Shown here: positions 1-15,314 of the stretch, piece after piece | Layout of the letters: the number at the start of each line of letters is the position of its first letter | How positions within the stretch are numbered: position 1 is the stretch's first letter | Source of the DNA: Eledone cirrhosa | Lineage: Eukaryota | DNA: 64,000 bases | Assembly (NCBI GenBank): GCA_964016885.1 | Contig: CAXHJY010000614.1 | Location: forward strand, 1 to 64,000 | Reading direction: 5' to 3' | Translations under genes and position numbers: made by a program | The notes under the pieces: model-generated | The model's database searches: none | Told to the model about the DNA's origin: nothing | The model's input: only the letters and a program-made list of their open reading frames with translations

Positions 1-3000
1 ATATATACACAATATATATATATACACATATATATATACACAATATACTATATAACACATATATATAATATACACAATATATAATATATACACATATATA
101 ATATACACTCATATATATAACACATATATATATACACACATATATATATACACACTATATATATATACACATATATATATAACACATATATATATAGCAC
201 ATATATATAAAATATATACACATATATATTACACCTATATATATATACACATATATATATATACACATAATATATATATACACATATATATATATACACA
301 TATATATATATACACATATATATATATACACACTATATATATATATACACATATATATATATACACATATATATATATACACATATATATATATACACAT
401 ATATATATATATACACATATATATATATACACATATATATATACACATATATATATATACACATATATATATACATACTATATATATATATACACATATA
501 TATATATACACATATATATATATACACATATATATATATACACATATACTATATATATACACATATATATAATATACACATATATATATATACACATATA
601 TATATATACACATATATATATATACACATATATATATATACACATACTATATATATATACACATATATATATATACACATATATATATATACACATATAT
701 ATATATACACATAATCATATATATACAACATATATATATATATACACATATATATATATACACATATATATATATTACACATATATTATATACACATATA
801 TATATATATACACATATATATATATACACATATATATATATACACATATATATATATTACACATATATATACACAATATATATATACACACATATATATA
901 TAACACATATATATATACTACACATATATATACTACACATATATATATATACACACATATATATTATATATATACACATATATATATATACACATATATA
1001 TATACACATATATATATATACACATTATATATATACACATATATATACACATATATATATACACATATATATATACACATATATATATATATTACACATA
1101 TATATATACACATATATATATATATACACATATATATATACACATATATATATATACACATATATATACACATATATATACACATATATACACACATATA
1201 TACACATATATACACACATATATATATACACATATATATACACATATATACACATATATACACATATATATATATATACACACAATATGATATATATACA
1301 CATATACATATATATATATATACACATATATATATACACATATACATATATATACACAATATACATATATATATATATACACATATATATATATACACAT
1401 ATACATATATATATATATACACATATATACACATACACATATACATATATATATATATACACATATACATATATATATATACACATATATACACATACAC
1501 ATATATATATATACACATACACATATATATATACACACATATATATATATCCGTACACCTCAACACACTATATATATACACACACATATATATACACACA
1601 CATATATATATATACACATACACATATATATACACACACATATATATACACACACATATATATATATACACATACACATAAATATACACATACACATATA
1701 TACACACATATACATATATATATACACATATATACACATATACATATATTATATACATATACACATACATACACATATACACATACATACACATATACAT
1801 ATACACATACATATATATTAACACATATATATATATACACATATATATATATACACATATATATATATACACATATATATAATACACATATATATATATA
1901 CACATATATATATATACACATATATATATATACACATATATATATATACACATATATATATATACAGATATATATATATACACATATATATATATACACA
2001 ATATATATATATACACATATATATATATATACAACATATATATATATACACATATATATATATACACATATATATACACACATATATATATACACACATA
2101 TATATATACACACATATATATATACACACATATATATATACACACATATATATATACACACATATATATACACACATATATATATACACACATATATATA
2201 TATACACATATATATATATACACATATATATATACACATATATATATACACATATATATATACACATATATATATACACATATATATATATACACATATA
2301 TATATACACATATATATATATACACATATATATATACACATATATATATATACACATATATATACACATATATATACACATATATACACACATATATACA
2401 CATATATACACACATATATATATACACATATATATACACATATATATACACATATATATACACATATATACACATATATATATATATACACACATATATA
2501 TATATACACATATACATATATATATATATACACATATATATATATACACATATACATATATATACACATATACATATATATATATATACACATATATATA
2601 TATACACATATACATATATATATATACACATATATACACATACACATATACATATATATATATATACACATATACATATATATATATACACATATATACA
2701 CATACACATATATATATATACACATACACATATATATATATACACACATATATATATACACACACATATATATACACACACATATATATACACACACATA
2801 TATATATATACACATACACATATATATACACACACATATATATACACACACATATATATATATACACATACACATATATATACACATACACATATATACA
2901 CACATATACATATATATATACACATATATACACATATACATATATATATATACATATACACATACATACACATATACACATACATACACATATACATATA

Positions 3001-3180
3001 CACATACACATACATATATACACATACATACATATACACACATACACACCTATATACACATATACATATATATATACATATACATACACATACATATGTA
3101 TACACGCATACATATACCCACATATGATCTTGTGTGTGCGTGTGTGTATATATACATATATATATATATATCATATATTA
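1..3180. repeat. Complex (TA)n/ACAC compound microsatellite array
   Basis: Almost entirely tatata/acacat units; the source of the spurious Y/I/C/M/V ORFs. Confidence 0.97.
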
Positions 3181-3928
3181 ATGAATTAAGGTAGATCCTG
3201 ACTACAAATTACTCTTGAAATCTTCCGAATAGAGAGAAGAGAGGCTGGTTGTTGGTTCGCTGATCATATGGGGGGGGGGGGGGTAAATTTGAAGCGGGGT
3301 GTAAATACGAAGAAAGTGTTAAGAAAGGAGGGGAAGATATTCAAAATCGAAAATTTGGGCCATGAACAACGAACGACAAGGTGGTTGATTCAGTGGGTGT
3401 GTTAAAATGTGGTGCAGAAAGCAGAGGACAACATTCCACGGAAGAATGTAATACTAAAGCTAGGCTTATTATGTGGCTAGTGAGGGAGAAAAAGGAGTAT
3501 GTGTAAATATGACCCCTCTTCCAAACATACATACATTTTCGAAGTCCCTGAGTAATCACGAGAATCAGAAGACAGAGTTGTGGTGGTGGGAGCAGAGAAA
3601 CTGTGCGATGTGTTGGAGCAAACTCAACATGTCATGTAGCGATAAAGAGAGAAAGACGTTATGATGCGGGGGAGGGGGAGGTATTAAAGCTACAGGTTCC
3701 GTACGTACACAATGTTTTGTAAGATTAGGGTGCATCATAGCTGCAAGGTGGTAGCAGTGATGCAAACGTTAATTCTAGTAACAACAGGGACGGAACAGAA
3801 ACACACACAAATGTGGTAGTATCATGTGTTCATTTTATTTTATTTTTCCATACTCACACACAAGCAGAGTAACAAGACTGACTTGGCCTTAACACCCACT
3901 ATATATATATATATATATATGTGTATAT

Positions 3929-3930
<2 letters not shown>

Positions 3931-4007
<77 letters not shown>
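3931..4007. repeat. (TG)n microsatellite
   Basis: Pure TG run. Confidence 0.95.
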
Positions 4008-4010
<3 letters not shown>

Positions 4011-4756
4011 GTAATGGTGTACAGCAGACCAGCAGAGAAAATAAGGTCATTTAGAAAGTGCTAATTTGACCAATTAGATAGTGGGGGAAGGGTAGAATGG
4101 ATGTGAATAATTTGTGGACACTGAACAGCTTACGTCTTGATTTCATCCGAACACAGAAGAATGGGAGAAAGATATAGTTACCACAACAGAGGGGTGTCGT
4201 AAATACACATACACACAATTGCACATTTATAACACACAAATAGACAGAAACAGAACCACATTAAAACAGATACTTTGTTACTGAATAGAAATACATATGC
4301 AGACGTGTGCATCACACATACACACATATGTATGTACCTACACATACGTACATACCTCAATAGGTGGTATTTTATTTTTACATGGTGTCCTATTTTTACA
4401 GATATAGTGAAATGGGCTACGGATAGAATTATATAAATATATATATATACACACACACATATATATATACACACACCCAGGACATAAAGAAAGGGAGGTG
4501 AAGAGTCTAGGACAGCTGATAGGAGCAAAGAGAGCACATACCATACATATATATATATATATATATATATACACACGCGCGTTCACTAAATCTAGAAGTA
4601 CGTTTGTTTGAATATATATATACACAAGTCCTACAAAGGAATGGTTTTTCTCATTGTCAAACACACGGAGGAAAAAAAAAATCAAGACAAATTGAACGAA
4701 TACATTTATGTACACACATTAAAACGAATCCTCCCTACATAAAATATTACCCACTG

Positions 4757-4779
4757 ATATATACACTTAAATATATGTA

Positions 4780-4817
<38 letters not shown>

Positions 4818-4911
4818 TTAAATATATGTATCATATATATATATATATATATATATACACACTTAAATATATCATATATATATATATATATATACACACT
4901 TAAATATATGT

Positions 4912-4954
<43 letters not shown>

Positions 4955-5166
4955 TTAAATATATGTATCATATATATATATATATATATATACACTTAAA
5001 TATATGTATCATATATATATATATATACACTTAAATATATGTATCATATATATATATATATATATATATATACACTTAAATATATGTATCTGATATATAT
5101 ATATATATATACACTTAAATATATGTATCTGATATATATATATATATATACACTTAAATATATGTA

Positions 5167-5206
<40 letters not shown>

Positions 5207-5251
5207 CTGATATATATATATATATATACACACACACAAATATATGTATCT

Positions 5252-5285
<34 letters not shown>

Positions 5286-5295
5286 AATATATGTA

Positions 5296-5352
<57 letters not shown>

Positions 5353-5362
5353 AATATATGTA

Positions 5363-5400
<38 letters not shown>

Positions 5401-6014
5401 TTAAATATATGTATCTGATATATATATATATAGATATATATATACACACTTAAATATATGTATCTGATATATATATATATATAGATATATATATACACAC
5501 TTAAATATATGTATCTGATATATATATATACACTTAAATATGTATCTGATATATATATACACTTAAATATGTATCTGATATATATATACACTTAAATATG
5601 TATCTGATATATACACTTAATATATGTATCTGATATATACACTTAATATCTGTATCTGATATATACACTTAAATATATGTATCATATATATATATATACT
5701 TAAATATATGTATCATATATATATATATACTTAAATATATGTATCATATATATATATATACTTAAATATATGTATCATATATATATATATACTTAAATAT
5801 ATGTATCATATATATATATACTTAAATATATGTATCATATATATATATACTTAAATATATGTATCATATATATATATACTTAAATATATGTATCATATAT
5901 ATATATATATACTTAAATATATGTATCATATATATATATACTTAAATATATGTATCATATATATATATATACACTTAAATATATGTATCATATATATACA
6001 CTTAAATATATGTA

Positions 6015-6054
<40 letters not shown>

Positions 6055-6135
6055 TTAAATATATCATATATATATATACACTTAAATATATTTATCTGAT
6101 ATGTATATATCCTATATATATATATATCTGATATA
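4757..6135. repeat. Minisatellite: core acacttaaatatatgtatc(tg)a plus variable (TA)n spacer
   Basis: Dozens of tandem copies of the core separated by TA runs of variable length. Confidence 0.93.
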
Positions 6136-6496
6136 TGTATAAGGAAAGACGAGGAGGCACACATATATTATATGTATAATTATAGAAAGAATACGACCGA
6201 TTGACATACACTCACACAATATCCCACATACACCAAAATGGCCACACAGACAAAATGTTATATAGTGGAGTGAAGTCTCGAACAGACAGAACAGAACTGC
6301 AGTAAATAGTGAGAGTGGAGACGGTTCGAACAGGAAATATAGACATTTTGGATAGATGGTTATAGAGTGGTTTGGTTGAGGGATGTCATGGCAGTGGTAG
6401 GCTGTTTCTTCCTCTTGTTGATGCTGCTGTTGCTGCTGCACGGAGATGAGAAAAGCTTTATGTGTGTGTGTATGTATATGTGTATATATATGTGTA

Positions 6497-6540
<44 letters not shown>

Positions 6541-7499
6541 AGACTAAGGTTTGCATAGTATAGGGTGGAATTCTGTGATCGCCTCATCTATGTATTTTTG
6601 TGGTAAATCGGGGTGGTGAGGCAGTTAGTATGAAAGAGAGGAAGGATAGAGGAAGATATATAAATACGACAGTGAAGAAGAAAGAAAGATCAACAGACAG
6701 AGAGAAAGAGCAAGAAGTGACTAGTACAGCAGTAGTCTAAAGGGGAGGAATAGACATATATACACACACACACACACACATATATATATTCATATACGCA
6801 CAGATACACACAAATATATATATATATATGTGTGTGTGCGTATGTATATATATATATATATACATACACACACACAAATATAAATAATTAGATGTAGATA
6901 TTTAAATGCGTATATGTATAGACACTCATACAGATGTGTGTGTGTAAATTATTAAATCAACGAGTGGACAATGAATTGTATCAGATGGCGAAAAAAACAA
7001 AAGACCACCACTCTTATCTTAACCAACTCTTCCGCTAGGTCAAGAATTATACACAGGAAATACATCTATATATTATATACACGCATTATCTGTCTATATA
7101 TATATGTATATACATACAAACACGCCCTTCTTTAACACTATGTATATACATACCCCTCCGCTATCCACTTATACACATTAAAACGAATCCTCCCTACTTA
7201 AAATATTACCCACTGATATATATATATATGTATCTGATGTATAGAACATTCTCTTAGTATACAGTAAATAACATATAGATATATATATTTTTTTTATGTT
7301 CAAACATTAGGCAGCGTATATATATACACACAAGCTATATATATATATACAGTAAATACCATATATACACATATACACACAAGCATATCTCGGACATCAT
7401 TATTTCAGTATACAGTAAACAGCATATATATTAATATATACATATGTATATAAATATACATTAATGTTCATACAAACAACGGTCGCCATCCTATATGTG

Positions 7500-7750
7500 G
7501 CTCCTTACCTTCAAGTTTTTTGTGTGTATTTTGTTATCTTAACTGTCTCTAAAGTGGTTTAAATGGTCCCTGTGTGTCGATGGTCGTTCACTTGACTTCG
7601 ACCTCGGTATTTTAATTATCGCTGGTGGTAAAAAATGTCCCGATGGCGGCAGCAAACACACAGATAAAAGGGAAAAGCCTGCTAAAGACACAAGTAAAAA
7701 GCCCCATACAAACCTAGCGAAGAACGGGTGATAGTCGTAAAGCCTTGTCT
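7500..7750 (-). promoter_or_regulatory. Putative 5' non-coding exon/promoter of a minus-strand gene
   Basis: CpG-containing unique sequence with a YY1-like gatggcggc (~7642) and a strong minus-strand donor (AG|GTAAG = cttacct at ~7504-7510). All frames are closed before the donor. Confidence 0.35.
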
Positions 7751-9529
7751 CTACGCAGTAGTAGCTCCTCTCTATCTTTCTATATCTCACCCTCTCTTTA
7801 TCTTTTTATCTTTCTCTATTTCGCCTCTTACTCTTCCTCTCTCTCTATGTCACTTTTTACTAACTCTCTTTATCGTGTCACCCCTCTTACTAGTCCTCTC
7901 ATTATCTTTATATAGTTCTTTCGTTCTAACTCTCTGCTTTCCCTCATACCTTCACTCTCTTTCCATATTTTCTTTCTCCTCAGTTACATTTCATACTCTC
8001 ACATTCTCTTCATCTTTCTACCTCTCTGGTTCTCCTCCTACTCTCATATCTCTCTATGATTCACTCGTGCAACACATCTCTTTCAAAATCACACTATATT
8101 TCGGAAGGTTTACCTCATACCCGTTCTGTCTGTATATTTCTCTTTAAACTCGCAATACTTCTCTATATTTTTCTCTCACAAGATTTTACTACTTTTTATT
8201 TTTGTCAATATTTAACATTCATTCAATTTTCTATCCATCTATTTTTTTCTTAAACTCAATATAGTACCTCTCTAACTGTTTCGATTTCCCTTTCCTCCTT
8301 TTCTTTTTCCTTTTATCTCACTTATTCTTATCTGTCTCTCTCTCTCTTTCTCATTCCTACAGCTTCACTCTCTTCTCTTCTAGCCACTCTCACCAAAACG
8401 AACTACTTCATCGTCACACTTTAGTATCATATCACTACGCGCGTGATCTGATCAACACCAACTTATATAAATTAATGAAATCTCTTTTCTACATTAAACA
8501 TTTGATATTTATTTTCTTTCCATTTTTATTCTATTCTCTTCAACTCATAACCCAGATAGCGAATATCAAAATTGCAAAGCAAAAAAAAAAAATATGAAAG
8601 AAAATCAATTTAATTAATATATAAAAATAATAATTGATGACCCATGAGGTCATCGGGTCTAATAAATAAATCACTTTACAAAAATATATTAAGAGAAATT
8701 ATTTTCCTGTATTTATTCTAAGAAAAAAAAAAAGATACAACGTAATATTTTTGCCAGAAAAATAATTGACACAGTAATTAGGACTGTTGTTTAAGCAGTG
8801 TTTACAATTATTGGATACGTTGAAAATAAAAGCAAAACCATCGGAGAAACGAGAATAGAGTGAAATGCGCTTCATTGATCTTTGGTAAAACAGATAGGAG
8901 TGAGTGAATGAGAAATAGTGAGAGAGCATATAGATATGTTTCTTTATTGAGAGAATATAGATAGATAGGTGGATTGAGGTAGAGCATGAGGATATATATA
9001 TATATACGTATACGTATATATATATATAGAGAGAGAGAGAGAAAGAAAGCTAGTTAGATAGACAAAGAGTTAGCTAGCTACTCTAGTTTAATTCAATTTA
9101 TAATCGTTGCATTTAAGTACATCAAAAAGTCATTAGTAAGTAAGCTAATTAGAAAGAGAGAGAGAGGACCGAAGATAGACAGACAAGCGATGAATAGATA
9201 AAAAAAAAAAAAAGGTAGATAGATGTACTTTGTGGATTAAAATAAATATATTGGAAGGATATATTTGCTAATGAGGTTCTCAGCGGAAAGGACAGCGTTT
9301 CATATCCTGTCACCTGTCTCTGACTCAGATTCTCAACTCTGGAAATGCCAAATCATTTAACTATAAATGGAGTACCATGCAAATCCACACAACTAATCGC
9401 TAGACGAAAGGGTCACTATAGCATTTAATCGGTTTCCTACTTTGGCACAAGGCCACAATTCTACGAGGGAATCGGAAATTATATCCAGTGACATTTATGC
9501 CTTTCTCAAGGGCACTAGCAGTCTAAGTT

Positions 9530-9720
9530 TTTGTGGTTAGGGTGTTCGGCTCACAATCGTGTGGTCGTCAGTTCGATCCCCAGCGCGTTGTATCCTTGTG
9601 AAAAAAATTATATCACAGGTGAAAATAAGTTGTACCTGTAATCCAAAGACTGTTTCATTGGTTAAGCAACTGGAGCATTTGTCGTCGAAATCAACGAAAA
9701 TGTAACATACCTGATTCAAG
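9530..9720 (+). mobile_element. Degenerate tRNA-derived CORE-type SINE
   Basis: gtggttagggtg...gttcgatcc A/B boxes followed by a decayed ccttg...ttat core. Confidence 0.55.
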
Positions 9721-11114
9721 TGTAACAGGTCTTTACAAGGTCACTCGACCTGCAAGAAAAGCAAACAGAGTGGTCATGGCTAGAGCGTCTCAGGTCATTG
9801 GCTGGTGGATTAGATCTTACTTAAAGCTAAACAACAACGGCATTAATTTATGCTATAAAATAATTAAAAGAGTGAACTAATTTTTAATCTTGCTGTAATG
9901 AGATCAGGTCTGCACACCTCAACCATGATCTAAGGATGTGTGTGTATGCGAAAGAGAGACAAATAGATAGGTGAGACGAGATCGACCCAACAATGTTTGA
10001 TCTCTTGTTGAGTCATCTCACTTCACTTCCTTCACGTACATGCAATTTCTGGTCACAGTCATGAGTCTGGAGAAGGAAGCAATTTAATAAGATTGGCTTT
10101 GCTTATGCTTGTAAAGACAAAGCTTTCCATTATAATCCAACGAACTTTTACCATTTTGATAACCCAACCACAAGTAACTGTCCTTGGTTTTATTATACAA
10201 AACTTTATTTTAAAGTGTTTATATCTATCTAAACACCTTCCATCATAATCTTAGATAAGAACCTTTAAGTTATGTTCCACACACAAGCTTGATAAGGAGG
10301 AAGTCAGTTCTATTACTAAATCTCTCCAAATTCTTCATTATATTCAAAATTATTTGAAATCAGAGGCCATGTCTTTCATTAGAAATATGGTAAACAAAGG
10401 GTTGATCAAGTTTAATGAGATTTGAACTTATAAAGTGACATAAGACTGAATACAGCTTCTACCATGTTTCATAGTAAGAAAGGCAAATAGGCTCCATTTT
10501 ATGAATAGGTACCATAGAGGGGTGTGGCTGACATTAAAATGTTTACTATCATCATCATCACCATTTAATGTCTATTTTTCCATGCTTGCTTTGGTTAGAC
10601 TGGTTTTGTATTTTGGCTTGGTTTCTACAGCTGGATGCCCTTCCTAACATCAACAAGGTTACAAGTGTGAACAGAGATCTTTTTTACCATGGCACAAAAA
10701 CAAAGTGTTTTTATCGTCATGTCACTAACATGAATACCTTACAGGGTGGGCTGGATGCTTTTGTTGTTGGACCAGATCAGCATACAGGGTGGATTTAGTG
10801 CTTTTTTGTGACAATAACATTGTGGGCCATCAGATGTAAAGCAAGTCCAGATTTTATACTTGTATGTATCATGCAATGACATTTGCGTTTTCGTCAGTAT
10901 GTAACTAAATGATATCATATGTGAGATACCATAGAATACAGTATGGTGTGATGTTGGTGATAGGATATATACATATTTTATAATAATAATGGAAATTATT
11001 GTGTACAGTGCTCAGGTGCACTACAATTCATCAAAGGTGTATGTATAGTACATGGAATAATGTACAAATGTCAGGAAAGTGAACAGTGTATGAGTCATGA
11101 TATATACACAGATA

Positions 11115-11622
11115 GTTATGTTGGTGCCACAACATCCAGGCCGAAACAAATGAGATCGTGTAGGTGTCACGACAAAAAAACACACAGTCCACGCTGTAAT
11201 GTGGCCGTGTAGGCAACACGGTAAAAACCTCCCAGCCCCACACTGTAAATGTGGTTGGTGTTAGGAAGGGCATCCAGCTGTAGAAAACCCGCCAGACAGT
11301 CCATGCTGTAATGTGGCCGTGTAGGCAACACGGTAAAAACCTCCCAGTCCCACACTGTAAATGTGGTTGGTCTTAGGAAGGGCATCCAGCTGTAGAAAAC
11401 CCGCCAGACAGTCCACGCTGTAATGTGGCCGTTTAGGCAACACGGTAAAAACCTCCCAGTCCCACACTGTAAATGTGGTTGGTGTTAGGAAGGGCATCCA
11501 GCTGTAGAAAACCCGCCAGACAGTCCTATACGAGCAAGACAATCACTCTTGCCTCAAGTGGGAAAACCCCCGTCCAAACCCATGCAAGCGTGGAACACGG
11601 ACGTTAAACGTTGATGATGATG
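11115..11622 (+). mobile_element. RTE LINE 3' UTR fragment with internal 3x112-bp tandem triplication and (GAT)n tail
   Basis: Near-identical to 49675-49975; the unit repeats at 11185, 11297 and 11409. Confidence 0.9.
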
Positions 11623-11639
11623 TGTGGTGTATACCTATA

Positions 11640-12790
11640 GTTTACATATGGGATATAGGGTGGCATTTCTAAATACTGCTTTCCAGCAAACTGAGCAAGG
11701 CCGGGAGATCTGAGCCCTGTTTTCCTTTCTACTAACTAGGACTTTAGTTTTTGTTAAGTTAACTTTAAGACATTTTGATTCTAGGCTATGCTTTCATTTT
11801 TGGAACTTATTCTCTAATTCTACCATAGATATGGCTATGAGGGTTAGATAATCTGCATATAGGAGTTCCCATAGGCAACAATCTTGAACTCTTCTGTTAT
11901 AGCCTGCAGCATGAAAATAAGCAGCTGAGGCCTAAGAACATGGCTCTGATAGACTCCTACTTGCACACTAAATTCTTCACTATAACCATTGTTAATTCTA
12001 ACCTTGCTGACTGCTCCTCTATACATGGTTTGTACTGGCTTCACAAGCCACTCATCTACCACTAGTTTCCTAAGACCCCACCAGATTGTGGAAGTGAATC
12101 CCTGTCAAAAGATTTCTCCAGGGCAACAAATGCCAACTAGAGAGTTTTACTTTTAGCTAGGTACTTCTCCCGCAGTTGCCTCACAAGGAAGAGGACATCA
12201 GTGGTACTTTTACCTGGCACAAATCCAAACTGCTTCACCTCTAGGTTAACTTGGTCCCTAATAAACTGTGCTATAACTCTGTGTCCTTTATGATCTGGTC
12301 TATCAACTTATTGCTTCTATAGTTTTCTCTGTCTAGTGCTTCCCCTTTGCCCTACTACATGTTATTGGGTATGACACCATTTTGTATTACTTGGTTTACG
12401 ATACTGGTCATTAAGTTGTGACCGACCATCCTAGATGCTTTTAGTATCTCAGCAACTCTCCTCAATAGTCCAGCTGCTTTCCTATCTTTGTATCCTTTAC
12501 TTACTATGTTGCTGCTGACTTGTACAGCTGGTCCCTCTGTTGGGTCAACTTGGGGCAGATTATCTTCCTCCCATGCATTCTCCTCATTCAGTAATCTTCA
12601 CAATGGCACATGCATGTTCATTTCTTTTCAACATCAATGGCACATGCACCATTATCATCTCAGACACACTTATCCCCAACAACATTACAATTCTCTTTGA
12701 TGCGCTGCCTTGCAATCCTGAACACCTCACATTTTGGGGCCTCAAGTTACAAAATATGTTTTTTATTTTCTGCTTCCCTCCTTAAAACTC
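11640..12790 (-). mobile_element. Decayed RTE-clade LINE, RT region
   Basis: Peptide VDEWLVKPVQTMYRGAVSKVRINNGYSEEFSVQVGVYQ with stops and frameshifts. Confidence 0.9.
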
Positions 12791-13150
12791 TTAACCCAAT
12801 ACACACTCCACCCCACACCCCCTACTCCATCCTCCCACCCTTTCTCTGTAAAGTTATGTTGGTACCACAGAACATCCAACCCACATTGTAAAGTGGTCGT
12901 GTAGGTGACACGAAAAAAAGGACCCAGTCCACACTATAAAGTGGTTGTGTAGAAGTCATGGTAAAAAGGCTCCCAGTCCACACTGTAAATGTGGTTGGCA
13001 TTAGGAAGGGCATCCAGCTGTAGAAAACCTGCCAGAAACAGTTCTATACGAGTGAGACACGGTTACCCGACCAATCTTGTCTCAAGTGGGACAAACCCAC
13101 CCATGTTAGCATGGAAGATGGACATTAAACAATGATGATGATGATGATGA
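12790..13150 (+). mobile_element. RTE 3' UTR fragment with (GAT)n tail
   Basis: Shares acactgtaaatgtggttgg...ggaagggcatccagc and the tail with the other RTE copies. Confidence 0.85.
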
Positions 13151-13171
13151 TATATATATATATATATATAT

Positions 13172-14005
13172 ATCATCATCATCATCATCATCATCATCAT
13201 CGTTTAACGTCCGTGTTCCACGCTTGCATGGGTTTGGACGGGGGTTTTCCCACTTGAGGCAAGAGTGATTGTCTTGCTCACATAGGACTGTCTGGCAGGT
13301 TTTCTACAGTTGGATGCCCTTCCTAACACCAACCACATTTACAGTGTGGGTCTGGGAGGTTTTTACCGTGTTGCCTACACGGCCACATTACAGCGTGGAC
13401 TGTGTGTTTTTTTGTCGTGACACCTACACGATCTCATTTGTTTCGGCCTGGATGGTGTGGCACCAACATAACTTTACATAGAGGGGGCGGTGTGGATGGG
13501 GTGGGGGTGGTGGGACGGGGGTGTATTTTGTTAGAGATGCCTACTGACTGTAGTAGGTTTTACTTTGTATTTAGGTAAGGCGGGTCTTCTCTATTACTGA
13601 GTACCGCCAAAGGTCTCGGTCCAGTGACATTGTCTTGGTGAGGTGTAACTGTGTGAGGTCGGAGTTTATCAGCTCGTCCCAGGTTTTTCTGGGTCTGCCT
13701 ATTCCGTGGCTACCGTCTATCTTTATTGCCCTGCACTTTGTTATACAGCTATCGTCCTTCATGTGCATCACGTGACCATACCAACGTAGCCTTCTCTCTA
13801 GTAAACAACATCTGATCCCTCTTATTTCTAATTTTTTTCCTTAGTTCGTTTATGCTTTGTCGTTCACGTATATTACTATTACACATCCAGCGGAGCATGC
13901 AAGCTTCGTTTCTCTCTAGTCTGCGTATATCCTCTGCACACAATGCCCAGGTCTCACTGCCATGCAACATTGCTGTTCGTATGCAGGCATCGTACAACCT
14001 GCCTT
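13172..14005 (-). mobile_element. Young 5'-truncated RTE LINE copy
   Basis: LYDACIRTAMLHGSETWALCAEDIRRLERNEACMLRWMC, nearly identical to 49170-49975; (GAT)n tail at 13172-13201. Confidence 0.93.
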
Positions 14006-14312
14006 ATATATATACATCTGTGGTGATAACGGCCTAGATTCAGGTAACTAACCGAAAACACCTGAGCTTATGATTGATCCTCTACTTCACAAATAAAAAA
14101 ATATATATATACATATATGTATTCATATACTGTGTTAATATATGTATGTATGTATATACATTTGAAAGGCATCTAGCCATAGAAACCAACCCAGAAACAT
14201 TTCTGAATGAGCAAGACACGGTCACCTGACCCAACTTGCCTCAAATGGGACAACCTGTCTAACCCATGTTAGCGTAGAAAATAGATGTTAAAGAATAATG
14301 ATGATGATATAT

Positions 14313-14400
14313 ATGAGGGGCGGCTGAAAAGTTCATAGGCTGAGCAAGATGCTCACATAGAATGACTGAATGGGGTTTATTTTTTTTATATAGTCTCTGG
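14313..14400. mobile_element. Mariner-type TIR fragment
   Basis: tatgaggggcggctgaaaagtt resembles a mariner TIR starting at a TA. Confidence 0.45.
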
Positions 14401-14519
14401 AAAGAAACAGTGCAGTTATTAATAAGAAGTGCAGTTATTAATAAGAATTAATCATGCAAGATTTCACAGCTCTAGCATCACTCTAGTCAGCCGACTCTTG
14501 TATATATATATTGATGGAA

Positions 14520-15110
14520 GCTATTGAGTAGGAAGACCTGGGATGAGGTGATAAAAGCTGACCTTGCACAATTGCACCTTTCAAAGACAATGACACAGGA
14601 TCGAGATCTTTGACGTTATGCAGTAATACATGTACAAACACACATCTTGTAGGTACTTCTTAAATTACTATACTCCCTTCCATACACCCTCACACCCACT
14701 CCAGTCCACACTACCCTTGCACTGTAAAGTTATGTTGGTATCACAAAAAGCATCCACCCCACACTATAAAGTGGTCATGTAGGTGTTGTGACAAAAAGCA
14801 TCCAGCCCACACTGGAAAGTGGTCGTGTAGGAGTCACAACAAAAAAAACCCAGCCCTCACTGTAAAGTGGTCATGTTGGTGTCATGACAAAAAGCACCCA
14901 GTCCACACTGTAGGGTGGTCGTGGAGGAGTCACGACAAAAAGCACCCAGCACACATTGTAAATATGGTTGACATTAGGAAGGGCATCCAGAAATCTATCC
15001 AGAAACAGTTCTATATAAGCAAGACACGGTCACCTGACCCAACTTGCTTCAAATGAGACAACCCATGCCAGAACGCAGAAAGTAGACGTTAAACGATGGT
15101 GATGATGATA
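14520..15110 (+). mobile_element. RTE 3' end with ~40-bp internal tandem repeats
   Basis: GRKTWDEVIKADL-like end followed by repeated acactgtaaagtggtcgtgtagg...aaaagcacccag units. Confidence 0.85.
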
Positions 15111-15250
15111 TATGTCAAAACAATATTTATTTTATTAATATTGTTTTGATGTTGCATCTATATTGTACTGGAACTGTTCTGATCTTGTATCGATAGTTTT
15201 GATATTGTGACTAAAAACTCAATAAAATAAATCAGTGTGGAGCAGATGTG

Positions 15251-15314
15251 GGCTCTGTAAGATGAAAATATAGAAAACCCAGATGGGTTTTCTACATTTT
15301 CATCTTACAGAGCC
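15251..15314. repeat. Near-perfect 30-bp-arm palindrome
   Basis: ggctctgtaagatgaaaatatagaaaaccc-agat-gggttttctacattttcatcttacagagcc, one mismatch. Confidence 0.9.

Noticed and set aside
48-5591. Long ORFs up to 736 aa rich in Y/I/C/M/V/H/T
   Set aside because: Translations of TA/CA microsatellites that lack stop codons; no coding complexity.
14740-14970. Regularly spaced ~40-bp repeats as CRISPR or a novel array
   Set aside because: Degenerate tandem units of the RTE 3' UTR seen in many copies; no unique spacers.
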